A stretch of DNA of 36,784 nucleotides, from IMG/VR virus record IMGVR_UViG_3300037419_000926, positions 1 through 36,784 of that record; one strand, given 5' to 3'. Of the stretch, positions 1 to 7,603 are shown piece after piece. Position 1 is the stretch's first letter; every line of letters begins with the position of its first letter. Under the pieces are notes generated by a model that saw only the letters and a list, made by a program, of their open reading frames with translations, was not told the DNA's origin and did not search any database. The translations under genes were made by a program, and so were the position numbers. This stretch comes from a virus (Duplodnaviria > Caudoviricetes).

Positions 1-127
1 GCGCCGGCGAGCACGAGCAGCAGCAGGGCGACCAGGTCGATGACGTCAGTCACGCGCGAGAGCATCCGGCCTCCTCCCGTCAACCGACCGAGTCGGCGAC
101 GTCGTAGTCGTTGGCGAGCGCGTCAGC
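1..127. repeat. 127-bp direct terminal repeat, copy 1 (circular assembly overlap)
   Basis: Bases 1-127 are identical to 36658-36784. The junction falls within coding sequence (terL 3' end and the small membrane gene). Confidence 0.95.
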
Positions 128-1534
128 GCCGGCCAGGGCGAGCGCCTCGACGGCGGTGATGTCGCCGGACGCCCGGCCGAACGCGCGACGGTCGCCGACC
201 TTGCGCCAGTCGGCGGCGCGGGCCGCGCGGGTCGCCGCGGCCGCCAGCTTCGGACTCGACACCTCGCGGAACGTGCCCGTCTTCTCGACCGCCCGATACA
301 GCCACGCCGACGCATCGCACACCTCGGGCCCGCCGACGAGCGTCAGGTTCACGCCCGCGTCCTCGAGTTCGGTGATGAGCGACGAGCACGGGCCGCCCTT
401 GTCGACGATGATGTCGGCGCCGGTCCGGTCCTGAACCTTCACGCACTGATCGACGAGCCAGTCGACGCCGGGCCCGTGCGCGAGCAGCTTCCCCCACACC
501 TTGTCGCGTCGCAGCCGCGCCGCCCCGATCGCCGCCCATGCCAGGTCGGGCGACGCCGCGATCGCGACCGACGGGACGCCGCCCAGCTTCCGCGCCGGGC
601 GCCGGGCCCGCTTCCACGCCTCGGACGAGAACAGCGCCCAGCCGTCCTCGTCCTCGTCCCAGATCCCCAGGGCCTCGCGCAGGAAGTCATCGGGCGCGAG
701 CTTGCGCTGCAGCCGCTTGATCGAGTCCGCAGGCGTGCGGTGCGGGAACGACGGGTTCGCCTTCGCCCACGTCTGCGGGCTGTTCGGGTCGTGGCCTCGG
801 TTCGCGCCGAACTCCATCCATGCGCCGTCAGGCAGCTCGCCGGCGAGCGCGAGGGTGCGCATCGTATGGAACGCTTCGCTCGCGTCGTGCGGAGCCGGCG
901 GCGTCCCGATGTAGACGTGCAGCCCGAGCGTCGAGGTGTTCATCGCGGCGAGCATGTTCGCGAGCGCCTTCGACGACAGGATCTGCGCCTCGTCGAAGAC
1001 CATGACGTCGACGCCCGGGATGCCACGACCGAAGCCGCGCTCACGCGCACCGAAAAGGATGCGCGACCCGTTGCGGAAGACGACCGACTCGTCACCCGAG
1101 CCCGTGTAGACCTGGTCGATGAACGGCGCGACCCGGAGCCGCTTCGCGAACGCTTGCATCGCGAGGAACGTCTCGGCGTGCGTCTTCCCGTGGTGCGCCG
1201 ACCATATGACGAGCGTCCCCGGCCGGTTGATGCACAGCGCGAAGATGACCGCCGCCCAGAAGTACGTCTTCCCGACCTGGCGAGGCAGCGACCATCCGAC
1301 GCCGTCGACGCGCGCCGCCAGCGACCCGTCCTCGCGCTGCGCGAACACGACCCGGCCCGCGCCGTCCTGCCACGGATCGAACGGCGTCCCCAGCTTCTTG
1401 TAGCAAGTCGCCCGGATCGCCGGCCAGCCCGTCGACGCGATGTCGACCGGCACCGACAGGTGCTTCGTCAGCTCAGAGAGACGCGGCGTCCCACGGCTCG
1501 TCGGCGACTCCTGCGGCGGCAGCTGCTTCGGCAT
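80..1534 (-). CDS. terL: Terminase large subunit
   Basis: Walker A-like RQVGKT, Walker B VMVFDEAQ, GTPP coupling motif, WAKANPS and FLREALGIW. Lies upstream of portal across the circular junction. Start taken at ATG 1534 (MPKQ). Confidence 0.93.
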   Translation of the reverse strand: MPKQLPPQESPTSRGTPRLSELTKHLSVPVDIASTGWPAIRATCYKKLGTPFDPWQDGAGRVVFAQREDGSLAARVDGVGWSLPRQVGKTYFWAAVIFALCINRPGTLVIWSAHHGKTHAETFLAMQAFAKRLRVAPFIDQVYTGSGDESVVFRNGSRILFGARERGFGRGIPGVDVMVFDEAQILSSKALANMLAAMNTSTLGLHVYIGTPPAPHDASEAFHTMRTLALAGELPDGAWMEFGANRGHDPNSPQTWAKANPSFPHRTPADSIKRLQRKLAPDDFLREALGIWDEDEDGWALFSSEAWKRARRPARKLGGVPSVAIAASPDLAWAAIGAARLRRDKVWGKLLAHGPGVDWLVDQCVKVQDRTGADIIVDKGGPCSSLITELEDAGVNLTLVGGPEVCDASAWLYRAVEKTGTFREVSSPKLAAAATRAARAADWRKVGDRRAFGRASGDITAVEALALAGADALANDYDVADSVG

Positions 1535-1838
1535 CCTCGCTGCCCTCCTGCCGCTCGATCTCCTCGAGGTGCGCAATCTCCTTCGACAGCTCGCGCAGCG
1601 TCCGGTGAAGCGCCGCCAACGGGGCCGCGCTCGACTTCGGGATGTCCTCGACGACCTGACGCCGCTGCGCCCGCAGGATCTCGAGATACGACCCCGACTC
1701 GATCGCCTCGGACAGCGTCATCGGCCTCGCCGGCTGCTCGGGCTCGGGCGGCTTCTCGTCGGCCTTCACAGCCCGCAGCGGCTTCGCCGTCGTCGCCTTC
1801 CGCGGCGCCTTGGCCGCCGTCTTCCGCGTCGTCGCCAC
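1473..1838 (-). CDS. terS: Terminase small subunit
   Basis: 121-aa helical protein directly upstream of and overlapping terL. GGAGG SD precedes the GTG. Contains the LAALHRTLRELSKEI helix typical of actinophage TerS. Confidence 0.75.
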   Translation of the reverse strand: MATTRKTAAKAPRKATTAKPLRAVKADEKPPEPEQPARPMTLSEAIESGSYLEILRAQRRQVVEDIPKSSAAPLAALHRTLRELSKEIAHLEEIERQEGSEDAEAAAAAGVADEPWDAASL

Positions 1839-1854
1839 GAGGAGTCACCTCCCG

Positions 1855-1950
1855 CGAAACAACGAAAAAACGAGTAGATAGACCGCGACGACTGCGGGGT
1901 CTTCTGGCTGGCGGGTTTCTAAAATCCTGGCGCGGTCGCGTGTCGCGTTG
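1855..1950. other. Probable packaging/cos region
   Basis: Non-coding, locally AT-richer gap (aacgaaaaaa, tttctaaaat) between HNH and terS, the usual cos position in HNH/HK97-type phages. The exact cut site cannot be determined. Confidence 0.45.
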
Positions 1951-2232
1951 TCACCATTCGTCGGTGATGAGGGCGTCGCCTCGTTCGCGGTTGCCGCGGG
2001 TGGCGCCTTCGCTGGTGTTGCATCGCTCGTGTTCGGGCCCGGTCCATGCGGTGCGGTCGGGTGTGTGGCCGAGGTGCCAGCGTTGGTCGGGTCGGATGCG
2101 ACGGTCGGGTTCGAGGCAGACGATGGCGTGGCAGTCGACGTCGCCTCGTTCGACTGCTGGCTTCCATCGTGCGCGTTCGCGTCGGTGCTCGTGCCCGTAG
2201 CCTCGGTCGGTGGTGCTACCGGGTCGGGTCAC
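1951..2232 (-). CDS. HNH endonuclease (packaging-associated type)
   Basis: RGYGxxHRRER, CHAIVC, WHLGH and PEHERCN motifs. Sits next to terS, with a GTGA overlap to the upstream gene. Confidence 0.8.
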   Translation of the reverse strand: MTRPGSTTDRGYGHEHRRERARWKPAVERGDVDCHAIVCLEPDRRIRPDQRWHLGHTPDRTAWTGPEHERCNTSEGATRGNRERGDALITDEW

Positions 2233-2468
2233 CCTGGCACCACTCCACCATTGAGGGGAGCGGGTGCGGGGTGTGGCATCTCGGGCACCACGGGCAGCAG
2301 GCGCATGGTGGTGAGGCGCTCGTCGAGTAGGTCGTCGATGTGGCGCCATGTGGCGACGCATCCGCTTGAGCGTCGGCCGGCGCGGGCCTCGTGGGCGAGG
2401 ATGCCTCGCTCGACGTTGAGGTCGCGGTCGATCTGCTCGAGGGTGCGCGGTGGCTTCGGCTCATGCAT
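2229..2468 (-). CDS. Hypothetical protein, first gene after the late leader
   Basis: MHEPKPPRTLEQIDRDL...IDDLLDERL. Purine-rich SD-like GGAAGGGA upstream, and coupled to the HNH gene. Confidence 0.6.
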   Translation of the reverse strand: MHEPKPPRTLEQIDRDLNVERGILAHEARAGRRSSGCVATWRHIDDLLDERLTTMRLLPVVPEMPHPAPAPLNGGVVPG

Positions 2469-2549
2469 GGCCGTCCCTTCCAACGTCGCGGGCCGGTGTG
2501 CCGCGTGGCCGCGTGGCGCCTTGGCCGTTGAGCCCGACGGTGCGGGCGT

Positions 2550-2840
2550 GCCCGGTCTACGTACCTCGACGGGCCGACCGGGCGAGGTGTGAAGGTGCGC
2601 GGGCCCGACCCCTCACATCGGGCCCGCGCGGTCTCCCGAGGTCCCCGTTCGGGAGACGAGGTGCCCGTCGCTCGCGCCTCGCCTGCTCACTCCCGAGGGC
2701 CGCCTGCCTTGATGGTGCAGCACGTTGCGGCGTGTGTCGGTGGAGGTGGCTGGTCGTGGTGTGGCGGCGGGGGAATGCGTGAGCCCGGCACCTACAGGGG
2801 AAGGTGCCGGGCTGGTCGACGGTATGGGTGGTCCGTCTGC
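2550..2840 (-). ncRNA. Candidate structured late-operon leader RNA
   Basis: Perfect stems at 2597-2608/2618-2629, 2631-2639/2649-2657 and 2782-2793/2802-2813, plus longer-range complementarities, in a gap with no convincing ORF. Confidence 0.5.
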
Positions 2841-2845
2841 AAGGA

Positions 2846-2874
2846 AGTGTGACAGTTCCCGATCTTCCCGTCAA
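2846..2874 (-). promoter_or_regulatory. SigA-like late promoter (TTGACG-17 bp-CACACT) with operator-like motif in the spacer
   Basis: The minus strand reads TTGACG ggaagatcgggaactgt CACACT. The spacer holds GTTCCCGATCTTCC (2855-2868), which is repeated exactly at 2887-2900. Confidence 0.65.
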
Positions 2875-3380
2875 CGACCGGTCTGCGTTCCCGATCTTCC
2901 GTGTCGGGCGGGTCGGGCGACGAGCTGTTGCACGTCGCGGACGCGGTAGAGCGGGCGTCCGGATCGGTCGGTGCCGGCGGGGTGCAGCAGCTTCCGTTCT
3001 CGCCACTTGCGGATGGTCTCGGGCCGGACGTCGACGCCGAGCCCGCCGAGCGCGCGGGACAGGTCGGCGGCGGTGGCGAGCTGGTCGCCGACCTGGCCGA
3101 GGAGCCAGGCACGGCGCGGCTCGAGGTCCCACTCGAGGGCGCAGTGCCGGCACTCGACGATGGTCGCCCCGGTGCGGGCGTACATGTCGCGGCCGCACAC
3201 GTCGCAGGGCCCGGCGTACGGGCCGAGGACGCGGGCGCCGATGGTGACCTCGAGGAGCAGGTGCACGGTGCCGAGCTCGTCGAACGCGGTCTCGGCGTCT
3301 TCGCGGTGGGCGAGCCAGTCGAGGTTATCGGCGACGAACCGCAGCAGCTCGGCCGTGCTCGCCTTCGTCTCGTCGGTCAC
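2871..3380 (-). CDS. Zn-ribbon plus MerR-like HTH DNA-binding protein (putative C-terminal half of a split regulator)
   Basis: GPCDVC...CRHC ribbon followed by VRPETIRKWRERKLL...LYRVRDV. GTG start overlaps the upstream TGA. Confidence 0.75.
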   Translation of the reverse strand: MTDETKASTAELLRFVADNLDWLAHREDAETAFDELGTVHLLLEVTIGARVLGPYAGPCDVCGRDMYARTGATIVECRHCALEWDLEPRRAWLLGQVGDQLATAADLSRALGGLGVDVRPETIRKWRERKLLHPAGTDRSGRPLYRVRDVQQLVARPARHGRSGTQTGR

Positions 3381-3697
3381 CGCTGGCCCCACAGCCCGGT
3401 GACCGCGAACGCGCCGGGCGCGCCCGGCGCTACCTGGTGCAGGATCTCGTCGTTGTCGGGGTCGATGGTCACCCACGCGTGAACGATGTGCTCGGCGTCG
3501 AACCGCTCGTCTTCGGGCAGGTCATCCATGCCGCACTCGAGCTCGAAGCGGTAGACGGCCTCGGCGAACGCCGTCCTGTCCTGGTGGCCGAGCCCTGTGA
3601 TGTCGCCGTTCTCGCCCTCGACGAACGGGAACGTTTCGCCGCCCTCGGTGAGCGTGGTCGTCCAGTCTGCGGGGTTGAGGTTGTCATTCGTGGTCAT
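3377..3697 (-). CDS. Acidic hypothetical protein
   Basis: MTTNDNLNPADW..., with ATGA and GTGA overlaps on both sides and an upstream AGGAG. Confidence 0.7.
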   Translation of the reverse strand: MTTNDNLNPADWTTTLTEGGETFPFVEGENGDITGLGHQDRTAFAEAVYRFELECGMDDLPEDERFDAEHIVHAWVTIDPDNDEILHQVAPGAPGAFAVTGLWGQR

Positions 3698-4266
3698 GGC
3701 AGGTCTCTCCTCGGGTGGGTTGCGTTCGGGTTGCCGCAGGCGCACGCCGCGGCGGGCAGGTCGCCGAAGTCGCACCACTCGACAGGCGACCGCTCGTGCA
3801 CGACCTCGAGCACCTCGGGCGTGACGACCCGCGGCCGGCGCACGGGGATGATCGCGCCGCGCGTGCGGTGGATGTGGTCAGCCCAGGCGCGGGCGACATT
3901 GTCGAGGACGTAGCGCACCTCGGCCGCGTCGAGGTTGAGCGGGCCGGCGTCCTCGTGCGCGGCCGCGGGCTCGAGCCGGCGACGCACCCACGACCGGCCG
4001 ATGAGCCTGCAGGACGCGTGCCCGCACTCGAGCCAGCCGGCCTCGCACCACGGGCCGGCGTGCGGCAGCTGCTCGACGACCTTCGCGAGGGACGGCGACC
4101 CCGACGTGACCGACTGGCGGCCGATGGTGACGTCGAGCTCGCCGATGTCGAGCATGGCGGCGGTCCAGCGCAGCCGGCCGCGCAGCAGTCGCGTACATGA
4201 GTGGCACACGTAGCCGGTGTCGGGGATCGGCTTCCCGCAGAGCGGGCAGGGGTTGTCGATCCTCAT
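3694..4266 (-). CDS. Cys-rich Zn-binding protein (putative N-terminal half of a split regulator)
   Basis: CPLC...CHSC, ELDVTIGRQ and PLNLDAAEVRYVLDNVARAW motifs. TAATG overlap with the upstream gene. Confidence 0.7.
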   Translation of the reverse strand: MRIDNPCPLCGKPIPDTGYVCHSCTRLLRGRLRWTAAMLDIGELDVTIGRQSVTSGSPSLAKVVEQLPHAGPWCEAGWLECGHASCRLIGRSWVRRRLEPAAAHEDAGPLNLDAAEVRYVLDNVARAWADHIHRTRGAIIPVRRPRVVTPEVLEVVHERSPVEWCDFGDLPAAACACGNPNATHPRRDLP

Positions 4267-4544
4267 TACCCGCGCGTCTTTCGGCCGTGGAGGTGCTCCA
4301 TCGTGAAGTTGCTGCGCTCGGCGCTGATGCCGCTCGCTGGATACTCGTCGTCTTCGGGATTCTCGGCCAGCGGAATGTTGATTCGCGTCGTCCTCTCGCA
4401 GACGTGGCACGACGCGTCGATCACGGCCATGCCGAGACCCGCGGCCTCGCGGTCGGTGTACGGGAAGTGGTAGGAGATCCACGGGGCGAACGTGTCAATG
4501 GTGCGCAGGCCCGCGGTCTCTGGCGTCGGCCAGGTCTGTGGCAC
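4266..4544 (-). CDS. Hypothetical protein (CxxC)
   Basis: GAAGGAG SD upstream, CHVC motif, coupled to the downstream gene. Confidence 0.6.
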   Translation of the reverse strand: MPQTWPTPETAGLRTIDTFAPWISYHFPYTDREAAGLGMAVIDASCHVCERTTRINIPLAENPEDDEYPASGISAERSNFTMEHLHGRKTRG

Positions 4545-4728
4545 TGATGGCTCCTTCGCGTCGGTCGTTCGGGTCGCAGGTGGGGTGTGTTCGGATGCCG
4601 CGGTCGGCTAGCTCTTGGTGGAGGGCGGTGCCGCAGAGCGGGCAGCGTTTCGAGCTGATGCGTCCGCCGCGTCGGCGCCGGCGCCAGGGGCCGGGCGGGA
4701 TGCGTTCTGCGGGCAGCCGCGGGGTCAT
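4495..4728 (-). CDS. Hypothetical basic protein (CPLC...HPTC)
   Basis: ATGA overlap at the start and a CxxC..HxxC pattern. The 3' end overlaps the next gene by about 50 bp. Confidence 0.5.
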   Translation of the reverse strand: MTPRLPAERIPPGPWRRRRRGGRISSKRCPLCGTALHQELADRGIRTHPTCDPNDRREGAISATDLADARDRGPAHH

Positions 4729-4880
4729 GGCGGGTCGAGGTTGAGGTGGTCGAGTTCGAGGTCGATCCGTGCGGCGCAGCCTTCGCATATGAGCCCGTTC
4801 CGGGTCGCCATCCGGTCGGGGCATGTGGCGCAGGGCCGCAGCGGCAGCAGCGGCGAGTCGTGGGTGCCGAGGTCCATCAC
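4725..4880 (-). CDS. Small Zn-finger-like protein (CATC...CEGC)
   Basis: Four-base overlaps at both ends and two CxxC pairs. Confidence 0.55.
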   Translation of the reverse strand: MMDLGTHDSPLLPLRPCATCPDRMATRNGLICEGCAARIDLELDHLNLDPP

Positions 4881-5074
4881 GGTCGGGCCCAGACGCGGAT
4901 CGCGATCGGGACGACGCCGCGCGTGTTGGTGTCGGGCGGGTAGTAGGCGAACGAGATCCGGCCGTGGAAGCCCTGGCTCGCGGCGTAGGCGCGCGTGTGG
5001 GCGATGATCCGGCGTCGGGCGGCCTCGTGGTTGAGGGCGGCCCGGCTGATCGGCTTCTCGTAGAAGACGCGCAT
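4877..5074 (-). CDS. Hypothetical protein
   Basis: 65-aa ORF that tiles the operon. Confidence 0.55.
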   Translation of the reverse strand: MRVFYEKPISRAALNHEAARRRIIAHTRAYAASQGFHGRISFAYYPPDTNTRGVVPIAIRVWARP

Positions 5075-5077
5075 CGC

Positions 5078-5692
5078 TCATGCCTCGGGCTGGCGTACGT
5101 GCTCGATGGCGCGGTTCGGGTCGGCGGTGCGCCAGTCCGGCCATGTGCGCGTCTCGTTGCGGGCCTGCTTGGCGACGATGGCGTCGAGGATGGCCTGCGG
5201 CTCGTGGCCGGCGCGCCAGGCGCCGTCGAACGCGAGGATGACGACGTCGGCCCACTCGGTCACGTCGCCGGGCGCGGCCTGAACTTCGTCGAGCTCGCGG
5301 CGGATGTGGTCGAGGACGCCTGCGGTGCGCGTGCCGGGGCCGAACGTCTCGCGGCTCCATGCGCGCTGACGCTCGATGTGGGCTGCGTCGATCACGGCAG
5401 GCGGCTCGGCCGGGTCGGGCTCGGGACCGCGAGCCCACTCGGCGAGCGACTGCATACTGCCGTCGAGGCCGACGACGACGGGCACGAACGGGATCGGCTC
5501 GTCGACGCGGCCGTCCTCGAGCTCCCAGGCGACGGCCTCGGGGTGGTAGGTGTGCGAGCCGTCGTCGTGGTGCTCGAGCCAGCCGCCGCGCGTGTCGGCG
5601 AGCTCGGCCGGGCAGACCTGGCAGCCGGCGACCTCGCCCTCGGGGACGGTCGGGATCTCGGAGTGGTCGCGGTCAGCGTGCGGGACGTTCAT
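5078..5692 (-). CDS. DUF550-family dATP/dGTP pyrophosphohydrolase (MazG-like fold) with N-terminal extension
   Basis: RQRAWSRETFGPG...GVLDHIRRELDEV...EWADVVILAFDGAWRAG...KQARNETRTWPDWR is the DUF550 signature. GGAGGAG SD upstream. Confidence 0.85.
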   Translation of the reverse strand: MNVPHADRDHSEIPTVPEGEVAGCQVCPAELADTRGGWLEHHDDGSHTYHPEAVAWELEDGRVDEPIPFVPVVVGLDGSMQSLAEWARGPEPDPAEPPAVIDAAHIERQRAWSRETFGPGTRTAGVLDHIRRELDEVQAAPGDVTEWADVVILAFDGAWRAGHEPQAILDAIVAKQARNETRTWPDWRTADPNRAIEHVRQPEA

Positions 5693-5834
5693 CGGTGGTC
5701 TCCTCCGGAGGGCAGTCGCACGAGGCGACGGGGTGTGTTCGGGTGACGGTCGGGTGCTTGTGCGAGCCGGCTTTGCTCGGCGGGAGCGGCCCGCACGTCC
5801 GGCACGACGCGACGGTGTGCGTGCGGACGGTCAC
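5673..5834 (-). CDS. 53-aa Cys/His peptide with internal repeat (not in ORF track)
   Basis: GTGA-coupled ORF MTVRTHTVASCRTCGPLPPSKAGSHKHPTVTRTHPVASCDCPPEETTDERPAR fills the operon gap. Confidence 0.45.
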   Translation of the reverse strand: MTVRTHTVASCRTCGPLPPSKAGSHKHPTVTRTHPVASCDCPPEETTDERPAR

Positions 5835-6229
5835 GGATCGCCCTCGGCTGCAGGGGCGGCGAGCGCGGCGCGGACCTGCTCAGCGCCGGCGCGGTGGTCG
5901 GTGCCGCGGACCTCGGCGGCGCACGGGCCGTCGACGTCGCACCTCGACAGGCGCACCTCGGGGTGATGCGGGCACATCCGCGCCGGCGCGGTCGGGGTCG
6001 CCTCCTGCGCACGGGTCGCGTTCCACCACGGGCCGGCCTGCAGCAGCCGGCCAGGGTTGACCGTGTGCTCGTCGGCCGCGATCCACGCGAAGGCGACGAA
6101 CACGTCGCGGTAGGCGCGGTGCATGAGGTGCTCGTGAATGAACGACGACAGGCTCGGGAGCGGCCACTCGGGGCGGGCCTCGTGCATCGCGGCAGCGAGG
6201 CGGTGGGCCTCGGTCTGGCTCAGAGGCAT
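5831..6229 (-). CDS. Replication-associated protein downstream of the initiator
   Basis: MPLSQTEAHRLAAAMHEARPEW...GPWW...CPHHP. GGAGG SD before ATG 6229, immediately after the origin region. Confidence 0.7.
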   Translation of the reverse strand: MPLSQTEAHRLAAAMHEARPEWPLPSLSSFIHEHLMHRAYRDVFVAFAWIAADEHTVNPGRLLQAGPWWNATRAQEATPTAPARMCPHHPEVRLSRCDVDGPCAAEVRGTDHRAGAEQVRAALAAPAAEGDP

Positions 6230-6399
6230 GAGTCGCCTCCAAGTCCAATGACGCGTCGCGACCCTTGGCTGAGTGAGCGTTGGTCTTGGAAGCCAGCCAC
6301 CCATAGAAGGGACGGGTCGGGTCGGGACGGGACGGGACGGGACGGGGGTGGCGTTACGAAAGGTGTTCGTAACGCGTTACATGCGGCGTTACGCGTCAT
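6220..6399 (-). CDS. Possible 59-aa initiator-linker ORF spanning the origin repeats
   Basis: AGGAG lies 7 nt before ATG 6399. Encodes RNAACNALR...PSRPVPSRPDP, resembling the linker usually in frame in actinophage RepA-like proteins. Confidence 0.35.
   Translation of the reverse strand: MTRNAACNALRTPFVTPPPSRPVPSRPDPSLLWVAGFQDQRSLSQGSRRVIGLGGDSCL
6309..6392. repeat. Putative replication origin: iterons, inverted repeat and pentamer tandem
   Basis: (GGGWC)x7 at 6309-6343. Perfect inverted repeat GCGTTACGAA-aggtg-TTCGTAACGC at 6351-6375. Four GCGTTAC/GTAACGC copies at 6351, 6369, 6374 and 6386. Confidence 0.65.
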
Positions 6400-6745
6400 C
6401 GCTCGTCTCCTGTCGCTTCTTCTCGCGCCAGCGCCGAATGCGGTCGGCGTTCGCCTTCCGGTCGGCCTCGACCTCGGCGCGCGTCGGCTGGTACTGCTCC
6501 CATTCGTGGAAGGCCCAGCCGGGCTCGCCGTGCTTCTCGGCGACGTGCCACAGCCCGACCTCGACGAGGCGGGCGGCGTCACGCCTTGTGCCCCAACGGG
6601 ATAGGACGTGCTCGGGCACGAATCCGTCCGTCAGGTTGTCGGCGGCCCACGACCCGGCGAGCACCCAGACGCCGGCCGCGGCTTTACCGGCCGCGCGCGC
6701 CTTGCGGTGATCGTGCAGCTTGTCGTCGACCTTGAACCAGGTCAC
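6389..6745 (-). CDS. RepA-like replication initiator, N-terminal HTH domain
   Basis: MTWFKVDDKLHDHRK...GVWVLAGSWAADNLTDGFVP...LVEVGLW...HEWEQYQPT...RIRRWRE matches the common actinophage initiator N-terminus. Confidence 0.8.
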   Translation of the reverse strand: MTWFKVDDKLHDHRKARAAGKAAAGVWVLAGSWAADNLTDGFVPEHVLSRWGTRRDAARLVEVGLWHVAEKHGEPGWAFHEWEQYQPTRAEVEADRKANADRIRRWREKKRQETSDDA

Positions 6746-6751
6746 GGCCGG

Positions 6752-7603
6752 TCATCCCTCCTGGCCGGACGAGTCCTCGACCGGCAGGTCGTCGCCGACG
6801 TGCTCGGTCTCCTCGCCGCCCTCGATCTCGAGGTGCTGCGAGACGTGCGTCGGGTCGGCGGTCGGCGTCAGGTCGACGCGGATCGTGTCGTCGACGGCGA
6901 GCGCGGTTGCCAGGTCGGTGCCCTTCGGGACGTACTTCGACAGCTGCCGGAAGCACGTCTTCTGCGCCATCGCGTCGAAGTGGTCCTTCCACGGGCCCAC
7001 GACGTTGCCCTGGCGGTCGCGCGCCATCGCGAACCGGTCGCGGTAGATGCGCGCCTGCTCGATGCTCAGGTCGTAGAACATGACGTCGCTCGCGCCGCGC
7101 AGCTTGACGGTCGCGTAGTAGGCGACGGGCGCGCCCCGGTCGCCGCGGGCCGGCTTGTGCACGAGGCGCTCGTTCGTGCCGTACTCGACCTCGAACACGT
7201 CGTTCGCGTGGACGGTGCGCGCGGTGACGCGCTCGATCTGCTGCGACCGGTAGGCGAGCTCGACGAGGCCCTGGTAGCCGATGACGAGCTGCGCCTCCAT
7301 GCGGCCGGCGCGCTTGTTGCGGAACGGGATCAGCCAGCCGTGACCGAGGACGCCGGGCCGCAGCCCGAGCTGTCCCATCGTCATGAGCCCGCCGAGCACG
7401 GTCGACGGCTCACACTCGCCGAGCCGCGGCGTCTTTGCGAGGAGCGTCAGGGCATCGCGGATGATCTGCTGCGCCTCGACACCGCGCGGCGCCGCGAGCG
7501 CGAGCTGCTGCTCGAGCCCGACGATGCGCTGCGAGAGGGTGGGCGGCTTCGGCTGCTCGGAGGGGAGCGCCAGGTCGGCGCCGGGCTGCTGCTGGGTGGT
7601 CAT
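6752..7603 (-). CDS. recT: RecT-family ssDNA annealing protein
   Basis: TPRLGEC...GQLGLRPGVLGHGWLIPF...AQLVIGYQGLVELAYRS...PWKDHFDAMAQKTCFRQLSKYVPK. Confidence 0.92.
   Translation of the reverse strand: MTTQQQPGADLALPSEQPKPPTLSQRIVGLEQQLALAAPRGVEAQQIIRDALTLLAKTPRLGECEPSTVLGGLMTMGQLGLRPGVLGHGWLIPFRNKRAGRMEAQLVIGYQGLVELAYRSQQIERVTARTVHANDVFEVEYGTNERLVHKPARGDRGAPVAYYATVKLRGASDVMFYDLSIEQARIYRDRFAMARDRQGNVVGPWKDHFDAMAQKTCFRQLSKYVPKGTDLATALAVDDTIRVDLTPTADPTHVSQHLEIEGGEETEHVGDDLPVEDSSGQEG

Noticed and set aside
1-127. Terminal repeat as a biological direct terminal repeat
   Set aside because: 127 bp equals a common assembler k-mer, and the ends fall inside genes rather than in the packaging region.
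5078-5692. 2-aminoadenine (Z) genome system
   Set aside because: No PurZ, DatZ or phage DNA polymerase is recognisable.
6304-6391. Stop-codon reassignment suggested by two in-frame TAA codons
   Set aside because: Both TAAs are part of GTAACGC iterons, TAA serves as a normal stop at 4266, and other genes are uninterrupted.
6309-6392. CRISPR array or DGR repeats
   Set aside because: There is no repeat-spacer periodicity, cas gene, reverse transcriptase or TR/VR pair visible by eye, here or elsewhere.
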